From positions 18,715-81,926 of the forward strand of contig RDEW01000098.1 in assembly GCA_011109175.1 (NCBI GenBank): a stretch of 63,212 nt of DNA. The letters run 5' to 3'. The DNA comes from Dicyema japonicum. Lineage: Eukaryota > Animalia > Dicyemida. This document shows, in pieces, positions 13,200-24,796 of this stretch (positions are counted from its first letter, which is position 1; each line of letters starts with the position of its first letter). The notes under the pieces were generated by a model. It had not been told where the DNA came from. It searched no databases and saw only the letters and a list, made by a program, of their open reading frames with translations. Position numbers and translations under genes: made by a program.

Positions 13200-13740
13200 T
13201 AATTAAATTAAAACAGCAATTCATCTAAAGTGGTCCCCGCTGATTTTATCGACGTTGCGCTGCGTCTCAAGATTGCAACAGAGATCAACTGGAGAAACCA
13301 CGGGGTCTCACATGCAACGTGGCTTTTTAGTGTTGCTAGGCGTTCAAGTTTCTCTAGGAAAAGAAGCGATTTTCCACTTATTCGTCCAGTTGTCTCGACC
13401 ACAATGAGATAGAAAGTGAACCGATCGTGCAATGCTTCATTTTTTTCTCCTTTGCTTTTATTGTTTTTCCGCAGAATACAGTGTGACAACTGCGCTCCCG
13501 ACAATGTTGGATGGGCAAAGTGAGTCGACAGTGGTAGCATCCCAGACCAAAGGTTTCCCCTTTTCGAATAGGAAAATTGTGATCCCGTCGGGACGTTTTC
13601 TGTCTCCTCTGTCCAAGCCAACAGGTTTAAGTATGGCTGGGTATCCCGCAGACTCAAGGGCTCGATGAAAATTCAGTTGATTTTCTTTGATTGATAAGAC
13701 TTTCTTCTTTGCCATTCAACAGTTTGTAACCTAGAGCTTT
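13200..13740 (-). mobile_element. CRE-like family C, 3' RLE fragment
   Basis: RALESAGYP..LKPVGLDRGDRKRPDGITIF..GKPLVWDATTVD and ETTGRISG..LLFLEKL..QLISVAI. Confidence 0.9.
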
Positions 13741-14386
13741 GTTCACTTAATTTGTTCATGTCAAAGATAATGTGCGTATTTGAAATAAATATATTAAATA
13801 ACTTAAAAAAATTAATTTATAAAATTTAATTTAAAAAAATCGTGCCAAATTTTTTCCGAAAATGGGCTTATTTTCGGAAACCAGGTATTAGTTTTTGGAA
13901 ATTGCTTTTGAAATTCATTCCTTATTTTTCATCTTAGTTCTAATAATTTTAATAATTGAGAAAATACAAATTACATATCACGTAATCCCGATGCATTCTA
14001 ACAGAGACCTCATCTTTGCCCGGACTGCTAGTGATTTAAAAAGAAATGAAAAAATACTAAAAAATAATTAAAATAATTATGTTTTACTTTAGGACAATTT
14101 TATTTTTTAAATAGGACAATGTCCTATTTTTTGTCCTAAATAGAACAATTTCCCTATTAATCATACTTCTGATGTTTCCTAAGTATGTTATGAAGGGGAT
14201 AAGCTACGCTTACCTATAAGAAATAAAGACATGAAGAGCACTAGAGCTACGTCATAGTGCAGCATAACTATCTCACCACCTTAACTTTCTGATCAAATAA
14301 CCACTAGACTTACTGATCCTTTGAAATTTCAAATCCAATTAAGAGACAAATAAATCGATAAAAATTTAATATTAATAATAACCGGC

Positions 14387-15454
14387 TCAATCAGTGAATG
14401 AATTGCAATATTCAGCATATGTTTCATCAAACTCATCAACAGATTCATCGTTGGATAATAATAAATCTTCGAAGATTATTGAATCTACTAAATGAATGTG
14501 AAATAACTACCACTAATCGATATCTTCTTAGATGTCATTCTACGAGGTGGCAATATAGGCGGAGATTCATAGGTAGATGAACCCAAATCTGAAAAGGAAC
14601 GTAACTCGAATGATTTCACTGGATGAGATTCGAACTCAATCCTTTAATATTTCTTTTTGGTGGTAAGTCAGGTACTTTCACTGATTGACTTCTCGTAGTA
14701 GTAGCAGATATTGACTGTTGGACCACAGAAGTTTGAAATCTTGGTGGCAGTTCTGACGACTTTAATAGTGGCTTGTTTGTAATATCGTCGACGAAGGTGA
14801 TTGGATCCTAAAATTTGAGGCTTTCATTTGTTGTTTGAGTTCAGGTTTTTCTTGTGCAATATTTCTTTTTGGTGGTAAGTCTGGTACTTTCACTGATTGA
14901 CTCTTGTAGGATTAGCAGATATTGACTGTTGGACCACAGAAGTTTGACAATCTCTAGGTGGCAATTCTGACGACTTTAATGATGGTTGTTAGTAATATTC
15001 GTGACGAAACGATTGAATCTAAATTTAAGGCTTTAGTTTGTTGTGAGTTCAGGTTTTTTCTAGTGCAATGTTTCTTTTTGGTGGTAAGTCTGGTACTTTC
15101 ACTGATTGACTCCTTGTAGGATTAGCAGATATTGACTGTTGGACCACCGAAGTTTGACAATCTTTGGTGGCAGTTCTGACGACTTTAATAATGGCTTGTT
15201 TGTAATATCCGTCGATGACGACGATTGAATCTTAAATTTTAAGGCTTTAGTTTGTTTTGGGAGTTCAGGTTTTACAGGTGGGTCTTTTTCTTTAAATACA
15301 GATTGTATTTTCAAGAATTTTCTTTGTGTAGATTGGTTGTTTAGTGGTGTTTTTGCTTGCTTTGGTTAGGCTCGACATAAATTTGATTGAAATTCTTTAT
15401 TAAATCTGAAACGTTGTTATCTTCGCTATTTTTTGCTCGCATGTTTCTATCCAT
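14387..15454 (-). pseudogene. Orphan family member 3, proline-motif-rich and frameshifted (pseudogene or assembly errors)
   Basis: MDRNMRAKNSEDNNVSDLIKNFNQI, then three ~70-aa repeats with ELPPK and VPDLPPKRN, then TYESPPILPPRR and an acidic end DEFDETYAEYCNSFTD-stop. Several 1-nt shifts. Confidence 0.6.
14645..15275 (-). repeat. Coding tandem repeat, about 3 x 210 bp
   Basis: The anchor GAGTTCAGGTTT recurs at about 14837, 15045 and 15261. Confidence 0.9.
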
Positions 15455-15647
15455 TCATAATTCTGTGTATTCTTTGTACGTCAGTTGATTATATATTACA
15501 GCCTACTTTTACCGAAAACCGATTTCTTGGAAGTTTATTAGTTTCCGGGTTCGAAATAAATTTGCATACTTTTTGCGAATTTGAATCTATATCCTGAACT
15601 ACTTTTTGCAGTTTCAGTAAAAATGATATAAATAGAATTTTTAATAT

Positions 15648-17213
15648 TTAATGGTTAAGCGAATACGAGTAGGTAAACTCTGGAGGATGGGGTAGACTCG
15701 ATATCGGTGAAAATACGAAGTTGGTTAAATCTGGAGTAAATTTTTGAAAGTACCCGTTTCAGATTTATAAAATAAACCAGTTTTTTGAATTTCTAGTGAA
15801 TTATCAATTCTAGGAGAATTGACTGTGCGTCCTTTCGGTAATGGCGGGGGAGTATTAGGAGCATTGTCTAAATAGAATATTTGGGGTACAAATTTCGTAA
15901 TGCTTCGATTGTCGAACGGGTTTTTCCAGGCATGTTGGTTTCCCTGTTGTAGGGGATGATCAATATTTTGAGTTTCTGTTATATCTGATAAATCATCCGA
16001 GAAGCATATATATCTATCGTTACCCTTATTAAAATACTTTCTGAATTTGCAGGGTTCTTTAGGGGGAGGCTGATTTTTCTTGTCGAAGATATTTGGCCTA
16101 TAATCGGAGGTTTAAATTTGGTATTCTAAGAATTGGTGGAGTCGTAGTTTCTGTAGTACATATTATTATTGTCGATTACCAATTTAGCTGACTAGTTTTT
16201 TTGGTGGATGGCTCAATTGGAGTTGAATTTTTCGCTGTCGACAAATTTTTGGTGATTATTTTGGAGTTTGAGATTTTGGTTTCTCAAAATTTTCGACATT
16301 TCTGTGTTATATATTATAATACCAATTTGATTTTGTTTAAGGTGCAGAGGTACTTCTCTGCTGGTGATTGATTTGAACATCATATATTTTTGGTGAGTGC
16401 ATCGTGGATCAGAGGACTGCGATGAGCTTTGGGATTTAGGGTTATCTATTCACATAAGGATTAGATACCAATTTGCTGATCAATGTTGATTTCCACGTGT
16501 GTTTTTGTCTCTGACTTTTTACGTGAAGAATCATCGAATTTTGAAGGCTCACAAGAGGCTTATCGGAAAGCGATGAATTTCTGAATAGTTAGAATGTTGA
16601 TTAGAATACCAGTATGTTTTTCATTTAGTTGGGTTGCGTAGTGCTCCACTGATTTTCTACGTGACATGGAATCATCCTTTGTGGTGTTACTGGAACATTA
16701 GACTCCGCGGGGTTCAGATTAATATGACGATTAAAATCCGGTTTTTGATTCATTTATTGCTGCAAGATTTCTGTAATCCAATATGGACTGATTGTCTATT
16801 TTCTTGTGGCTTGTCTGTAGTTTTAGAGATTGGTGGATCTAGATTTAATTGGGTCTGTCGATAAATTGAATCTCATACTCGTTTTTGGTTGATTTGACAC
16901 GGATCGGGAGTTTTGAGAGTTACTGTATTCAGATTAGTGAGACTTGAGCTGTTGGGAGGTGCTACGGATATCAACATGATATAACTAATAATCTTTTGTT
17001 GCGAAAACTGGTTTTCAATTGAGTGTTTGGGTTTTGAGCTTTTTTGAAAAATGTATGTTTGAGTTTGCGGTTGGTTTTGCTTCTGATTTTTTAGTTAAGA
17101 TTGAATCGTATGTGTTTACTAGGTCAGACACTTTAGTTTTTTGAGTTTTTGTTGGTCGGCACTGTCTGAGGCTTGTTTTTGTTCATCACAGTCGATGTGA
17201 GATGTTTGCGCAT
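15648..17213 (-). pseudogene. Orphan family member 4, degraded or poorly resolved
   Basis: TKVSDLVNTYDSI near the start. An open stretch of about 116 codons contains WKNPF and TPPPLPKGR. Many stops and shifts lie in between. Confidence 0.45.
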
Positions 17214-18179
17214 TTTTATATATATCATTACGGAAAATTTCTAGTTATGAATGTGATTTGCATATTTTAACCTTTATTTTGTGATTTTCTGAAAGCTGGA
17301 TTCTGACATCGATGCTATTTAGCTTCAATTCTCGGTCTGGATCGGTTCATTAGTTAAGGATACTCATTTTGTCTTTTAACTCAGTGATCATTGGACAATA
17401 AATATTGACACATATTGACCGTGATCTGTCAGCATATTTGTCTGCTGTACGTGGGCTACATTTAGACAGAGATCGGACATATTTGAAGCTAGCGAGATCA
17501 GCTAAAGAGGCACTTGGTCTTGCAAATTTTTGGCTTCTCAAGTGGCCAAGCATCCTAGGTTTAAAAAAACAGACTTTCACTTAATTGCTCTAGTTTTCTC
17601 GACAGTAATACACGGAACGTCAACCGATTAAGATCGCTTGGTATTTTTTTATTTTTAGCGGAAAGTGTTTTTACGCCTCCTTGTAATATTAGTCTCAAAA
17701 CATGTGAAGTCTCATACCTCCCCTTCAAATGGAAAGATTGCAATTCTGTAAGCGATATTCTCCTTCCAGACTAGCAAGCAAACTCCAATGCACATATTAC
17801 TGCACCATTCAGTAATATTGGGAATTCCCAACAATTCCCTGTCATGGAAGAGCATTTTATTTGTGGTATTGAAAGCTCCACCTCATCGATAATGACGTTG
17901 TTGACTTATGAGGAGCACAAAAATCGAATAACATGCATAAAATAATTGGTGAACTAAAGAAACATGTGACATCAAAGATTTAAAAGAACTAGGAAACATT
18001 GAATTCTTGTTTCTATAGTTATGAGTCTTAGGGTGTAGAGTCGGAGTTGAGGGGGTTTTTCGTATAGTTGGACTCGGAGTTGAAGAAATAATATTTGAGG
18101 AGTCGGAGTCAATGATCAAAAGGTCGACTCCGATTCCTTCTTGATCGGAAATTTTGTTTAATAGTGTAAGACAAAATTC

Positions 18180-21100
18180 AAATAGTAATTTAAATAATTA
18201 ATAATATTATAAGGAAAAAGAAAAAGAATAGTTAATTTTAATTCAGCTGTTGGAGATGCACAAGCTATTCCCACGGACAACAGCCAACGAGAGCCTCTCC
18301 TTGAGCCATCTCGTCTCACGAAGATCACCAGTTTTGTCAGTTAGTAGTTTTCCCAAATGGTTCAGGAACTTCAGCGTTTTAGGGCCAAAGTTCCCCGAAG
18401 TTTCAATCGCGACAGGTGCGAAAATGTACCTGTCGCTGATATCCGAGTATTAGCATTTTTTACTTCCTCTGCTTGAGAAGAAGGTCTGCCCGGTGAATAA
18501 TTTTTTTGCTTGGGGCGAAAGAGCAGACACAGGTCACATCCCATACAAGGTTTCTCCCTCGCTCAAAAGGAAAGGAGGTCATGCCGTCAGGGCGTCTTCC
18601 GTTGTCAAATAGACCAGTCGGTTCGATCCGGCAACGGAATCCAGCCGATTCTAATGCCCTCTTAATGATGCCGTTCATTGCCGAATGTCGAGAAGATCTG
18701 CCAATTCCGCTCCGGCATGAGAGGAGGTGGAGACCCAGTTCGTCCGATAGACAGCCACATTTGCACTTCGATTTGGTGCAAACAGGCAATCCGAGGTGTA
18801 GACATACAGCTGTACGGAGTGAGTCATCATCCAACAATCCACCAACTTCTTGACATGGGTAAACCCCAAGCCAAGATCCATCAACCGCCTCCCTCGAATT
18901 TTGGAAACAATCCAGGCGATGTCCATAGAGCCGGCTGACTAGGTTGGATGCCAGAGCATTCCATCTATGGATCATCCAAGACGATTGTTGGTCTGGATTA
19001 CGCGGCTCGCCAAGCCCTTCACTTCGCCACACGTCCATGTATTCAACCAAGTCATTGGACAGTTTCCGAGATGGAAGCTTTGAAAGAATTGAGTCCACTT
19101 GGTTTTTGCATGAAAGTTTTGAGGCAAAATACGCCGGGCCAGCAATTTGGCAGGGAGTAGTAAGACCGATTCCACCCAATGATATCGGTAATTGAGTCTG
19201 TATCCATCCAGGGGTGTCAAGAGAAACGTTAAGTACGAATTCAGTACATCTTTTGAGGCAATCAGAGTATTCCATTAAAAGGGAATCACACTTATAACAT
19301 GGTGCAGTCCTTAGTAAATAGTTTAATCTTGGAATGGACAAGCAGTTTCTCAATAGGAAGAGGGCAATATGGTTGTCAACATGCCGCAAACGGGTCTCAA
19401 AAGTACCGAGCTCTATTGTCCTTTCTTTAAACACGTCCACAATTTGGTCTTCGAATATAGGAGAACCAAGGAACAGAGACTCCCCAACTGGAACCGATGC
19501 ATAATTTTCGAGAGTGTATTTAAACTGGTCATTGTAGAAAGTAGTCAGATCGGGACTCAAATTGATCTTGATTAATTCACATTTGGCCTTGTTGACAGAA
19601 AGGCCAATCGCTTCGAATTCAGATATCAAACGACGCACGTCCTCCAAAACTGTATCTGGATGTCCACCAATGATTCCGTCATCCAAATACCATAAATTTA
19701 AAGGTGATTTTAAGCATGCGGCTACTCCTGGATCCCCAAAGCAAAGAGAAGAGGTCCAAGTGGGTCGCCTTGTTGAACACCAGTTCGTGATTTAATGATG
19801 GCATCGTGGAAAACCAATGATGATGGATTAGAATATGAAAGGCGAACAATCTCCCAAATATGTGGTAAATTTTTTTGGCATAACTCCAATAAATGATCTC
19901 TCCTTATGGAATTAAATGCGTTCTTAAGATCTACTTTGCAGACAACAACGTCCTCTTTGCATTCGGACGACGACGTGAAAAAACTCCTCACTGCGTGGAC
20001 ACAAGCCTCTGCACCGCCACGAACTCCAACGCCCATCTGTATAGGACTGAAAATAGGAAGTAATCTTTGAACCCCAGAAAAGCAAGCGACTTTAGCTGCA
20101 AGTCTCCTGAAACACGTTTCCAATAGCAATCGGTCTGACACCGCCGTCAGGCTTTCGGAGAGCAACAAGATTAGCAGAAAATAACATATCTCGACCGAAA
20201 GGAGACAAACATCCAGAAAGAATTTTGTTGATCAGTTCGCAAATAACATTCGAAAGATCCTTTCCGACAGATCCCATCATTGGAGCTGTGAGATCACGTA
20301 GGTGACCGGGTCTCAAGCCATCAATACCACCTCCACTACTAGGACGAAATGAACGCAGGGAGGTGATTATATCTTCGTTAGAGGCGAGCAATTGTTCCTC
20401 GTGGAAAGGTTTTATAGTTCTCAAGTCTTCGGGGGATCCGGGGTGTTTTTCTCGTAAAGACATGAGCGTTTCAGGGGTGTTTTTAAGTGTCCCAGGATCA
20501 CAAACTAATAGCCGTACAGCACCGCGAATATCGCCTTCCATAAGTTTCATCCTGATTAGTTTCTTTATTAAGCGAAGTTCCTCCGTTTTCGGACGCTTTG
20601 AACTCCGGGGTGCAATTTGAGTTGATTTTAAAGCAGTAAGTGACATTTTATGTTCATTTAGAAACAGTCTAACTCTCTTTTTGATATTCGTTGCGAGAGA
20701 AGTGGATGCTTCCGTTGGTCTTCTGATCCCAAGAGTGAGTGACGGGAAAAGGAAAAATTTGACCCATTCCGAAGAGACGGCGTCAGGCTTCAAAACATCC
20801 TTGATGGTGGAGATCAAGGCCTCGGCAACAGTTCTCGCACCTTTGGGTATCTTCACAGGAATGGTCACGTCCGAGCGCGTCCGAGAGACCAGTTTCAAAG
20901 CTTCATCAGGATCTGCAACAAGAGTAGGGTCAAACGGTTCAATGCAAGCAGCGTGACCATTAGGAAACCCCGAACCAATTCCAAGGCACGAGCGGCAGTG
21001 CCATACCCCAAGAGCACGGATAGAGGCCTGAGAGAGCTTCAAACACCCGATGTGGAAGAACACTCCACAGGCAGAACAAGAAATTCCAAACTTTCTCAAA

Positions 21101-21355
21101 TTGCTCATGTTGCAGGCAGAGCAATTAGACGATGACTTTTCGAGTAACATTCCACTGAATCAACAATAGGCGAAAATCAAGAATAGGGGAATAATCTCAA
21201 TAGGCGAAAATCAAGAATAGGGGATAATCTCAATAGGCGAAAATCAAGAATAGGAGAATAGTCTCAATAGGCGAAAATAGTCAATAAGAGAAAGTCAAAA
21301 ATAGGAAAATAATCACAATAGGCGAAAAACAACAACAACACACAACGACAACACG
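18180..21355 (-). mobile_element. Near full-length CRE-like RLE retrotransposon: PHD finger-RT-CCHC knuckle-PD-(D/E)xK endonuclease (coding about 21150 to 18243)
   Basis: PHD: C-x2-C..C-x2-C-x4-H-x2-C..W-x-C-x2-C. RT: VRPIAIG, GAEACVHA, DLKNAFN, QQGDPLGP, intact WYLDDG. Knuckle: CKCG..GLHLLSC. RLE: RH..N..RPDG..WDVT..KY..ETSG..RLSLAVVRGN. About four 1-nt frameshifts. Confidence 0.92.
21165..21330 (-). repeat. ~33-bp tandem repeats in the 5' UTR of the PHD-CRE element
   Basis: The unit AATAGGCGAAAATCAAGAATAGGG(G)ATAATCTC occurs three times nearly intact, plus degenerate copies, followed by a CAA-rich stretch. Confidence 0.9.
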
Positions 21356-22027
21356 TTTTTATTTTACAAATATTAATTGTACGATAGGACAAAGACACGT
21401 CAAATTTTGACTAATTTAAATTAATTTAATACTAGATATAATAATTTAAATTAATTTTTCTCCATATTATTTGTATCCCAAATTGTTATTTGTCACATCG
21501 TGATTATACATTGTTTCAATCTCAAGAACATTTATTGAGATTCCATCCAAATATTCTAAATATTGTTGATAAAAAGGATTCAAACAATGAACAAACATTC
21601 AATAGTATTAGTTTCCTCTGATGTACCCCTTAAAAATACTACATCTCCAAGTCAGCCAGTATTAAATAAATTTTTAATCTGATATTACTATCATGGATGC
21701 TGAAAATTTTAAAATGCATTCCATTGAACTTGTTGATGTGAAAAGGGATCTCTTGCTCTACCTCCTAACAAGTCAGCGTAGAAAGGCTGTTTTCTGGTCT
21801 AAAATTTATCAAATCAGACTTCGAGCTTTTATGAAGAAAGACTGTCGAAGTTATATTATTTCTAAAAAATAATAGTTAAATTTTCTTTTCTAAATGTTTT
21901 TTTTATATTTTCTGTTATTCTACAACGTTTGATTTTTTATATAATACAGAGTGGAGGAGTTCGAGTCGTATTATATTTACCGACTCCACAGCCTTGATGT
22001 CTCCAAAATCAGTATTGGGGGGTGGGG

Positions 22028-23771
22028 ATATAAATAGAAAACACAGACAAGAATCATTTGGGAGGCACAAAAGTTCAGAAATTATAAAATAGGCACAATT
22101 TGTAGCAATTCAAAAATTTATTTAAAAAATTCGAGAGCCGTTGGTATCCAATGACGGCTGAGTTTCTTGCTCGAACTCGGAGGATTGCTTCCAGAAAAAA
22201 GGCGATTAACGAGAAGAGTTATGGCTGTGACAAAAGATTTGAATGGCTATACTCCTAGGGAACTCGTTCGCGATCCACGCAGCCGACTTCCTCAACTAAC
22301 ATTTGTTTCTTTGTTAAATAATTGTCATTAATAAAAAAATTAATCAAATATATGTGACATTATTGTTATTTACGCTTTGACCTTGAATTTAACCTTCGAT
22401 TAAGCTCTTGACACTGATTAAATCAATTTTTAAGATATTTTTGCGCACTATAGATAAAATTATCGAATGAAAATTGCCAATATTGTCAAAGATAGAATAT
22501 AAAAAATTCTGATTTTTAATAAATAATATAATATCCGAAGATATATCAAGACTAAATAGATTTAGATTTTCTTAGAAAATGCAGCAATTTTTCAGTTTCA
22601 GGAAATACTCTTAAATTAATGATAGTGTCTTATATTATGAACAATCTGAAGGAAAACCAGACATTGGTGAATCCTCAAATGACTGAGAATCCATGAAACT
22701 ACATTGTGACGAATTCATTTATTTTTCACTATGGCTTTAATAAATGGAAGAGTATTGCAAAATAATTTTTGCATAATCAAAAGAAAAATAATTCAAGAAG
22801 TAATATCTCATGTACAAATGCAAGCTTTAAAGACAAATCTCCATTAGTCAACAAGTAGCGAAAAAAACAGAACAATTGATTATAGAACGTTTATTACATT
22901 GCTTACTTTTAGCTATCAAGTTGATTTAGTCGATCGTTGTTCTATTCAGAAATAAATGATTACAATAAAATTTATGAATGTATATATTTTCAAAATTTTG
23001 CTTTGCTAAAAATAGAAAGCAAAAAGCAATTATAGTCTCAGCATCATTGAACACTAAATTTCAATTCTTATGGTCAATTAAAGATATTGCATGTCAGATA
23101 GTAAAAAGAATTTGTTAAGTCAGAAATAAAGTCATTAATGAAAAATTTAAAATAATTCATAAATGATAGTCCAATGAATGCAGAATAACAGGGACATGAG
23201 CGTTGCAATAAACAATTTGCCGATGGTTCAAAAGAAATGTTAAGTACAATATATTTTCTTGCTATAAAAATGTCATATTTTTGTTTTCCAAAAAAGAAAT
23301 ATATTTTTATAATATGAGGAATAATAGAAGAACATGAAAATCAATTTATTGCAAATGACAATATCTTGAAAAATGAATAAAAAATCGAAAAAAAATCAGT
23401 TGAAATAAAGTGTTATTATATAATACTGATACAAATAAAAAACAAAAAAAACGAAATTAGACTTTTATTATAAACAGAGTTTATTGTCGAGGAATTGATT
23501 TAGATAACAAAATAAAAATAAAAAATAAATATGGAAATGAACTCAGTGTTTGGATCACAATCTAAAAAAATTTGATACTTTTGAATAACAGACAGTTTTT
23601 GAGTATAAATTTGAACAGTTGTTGATATTTTTTTAAACTAATAAAATTTTTAAGGAAAAAGTATCAAATAGCTGCGAAAGCTCATAGTGGACTAGTGTAA
23701 TTGGAAAATTTTTCTCAATAGGCCTGTCGATTAGGGTCTATAAGTTGCATTGAAAAATAAAAAATATTGTC
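22028..23771 (+). repeat. Direct repeat R1 (about 1.75 kb): CRE-B 3' end plus integrase relic
   Basis: Colinear with 24797-26590. Differences are mostly 1-nt indels. Confidence 0.9.
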
Positions 23772-24796
23772 ATGGAGGAAACCACTCTCTTCTATGTGCT
23801 CGTTCAACCTCTTGAAGATAACTCGCTCAGCATCTTGGAAATAGAGCAAATGAGGCTGATCGTCTATAGTTGAAAGAATTCCCCGACTTTCCGGTTTGAG
23901 TACCATTCTGATAATAGAACATTTCCATCATATTGGGACATATCCATGAGTAATACTCGCGTTAAATAGATTCTTCAGCACAAGCAGCAGATCATTTGGC
24001 CTTCCTTGAACAATCTCATACTTACATGATCATGTCAGGGGCGTTGGCCTTGCATGTTCTGATCGCATTATAACGTCCTCTGTCGTTATCATTTCGGTAT
24101 CATTAAGATCATCCAAAGAGTACGTTAGGAAGTCTTCTGTAGCTTTCAACTTTTCCCTGGGATTAGCTCCATTGGTTGACGCCCTGATATGCTCCAGTTG
24201 CTTCTTAAAGATAACTGGAGCTTCTTCCATAGGTTTTGATCCTCTTCTGGTTTGTCAAAGAGATTCTGTATCTTCATGTTCTGGCCAGTTAATCTTCTGT
24301 AGAACTTTCAGAACGAGAAATCTTTGTAGTTAGTTGGCTTGCCTCGTTTCAAATGTTGTTCTTGGACAGTTTGTTCCCTCTTCAATGATTTTCTGATTAT
24401 TTTTAGATGGTCGTCAGTGCAATCCTGTCCATCCAGTCAACAAAACTTGAGTTTGTTCCTTATGCGTTTCTTTCATTAATCATAGATAATATGAGGGAGA
24501 TTTGATGCTCTTCATGATTGGTCTTGAAGTTCTCCTTTTGCGTAGAGTGATAACTATTTCTTCATCATAATTGAGAGGTCTCTGTCTATGTTGTCAATAT
24601 CATTTCGGGAATGAGGTCCATCCTTCCAGTTTTTGAGGTATCTAGATATGTATCTTCTATAGTGTTCTCAACTTAGTCTGATAAGTCGTAGCCAGTAAAC
24701 ATTGATTCCATGGTGTCTGGAGCCAGGTTTAGTGTTATTTCTTGTGGGATCTGGTCGCTCCCGATGTCCTGCATGATCATTGGTTGCTCCACATAA
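23772..24796 (-). mobile_element. Degraded non-LTR fragment (pre-RT linker and RT start) between R1 and R2
   Basis: ERVIFKRLNEHIEESGFLH resembles the LINE RT motif ERII..RL..H.E..G.L. Confidence 0.5.

Larger units (their letters stand above)
18029..21995. mobile_element. Probable non-autonomous DNA transposon (MITE-like) split by the PHD-CRE insertion
   Basis: Left AGGGTGTAGAGTCGGAG and right CCGACTCCACAGCCTTG form imperfect inverted ends with GGAGTC subterminal repeats. No exact TSD found. Confidence 0.4.

Noticed and set aside
17300-17900. Dynamin/Mx-like or hAT relic on the minus strand
   Set aside because: Only vague motif echoes across many stops; neither assignment can be supported without a search.
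21165-21330. CRISPR-like array
   Set aside because: Units are adjacent tandem repeats without unique spacers, there are no cas genes, and the context is a eukaryotic retroelement UTR.
18150-21400. Spliced-leader or other specific target site and TSD for the PHD-CRE
   Set aside because: No matching direct repeat or SL-like gene was found in the flanks.
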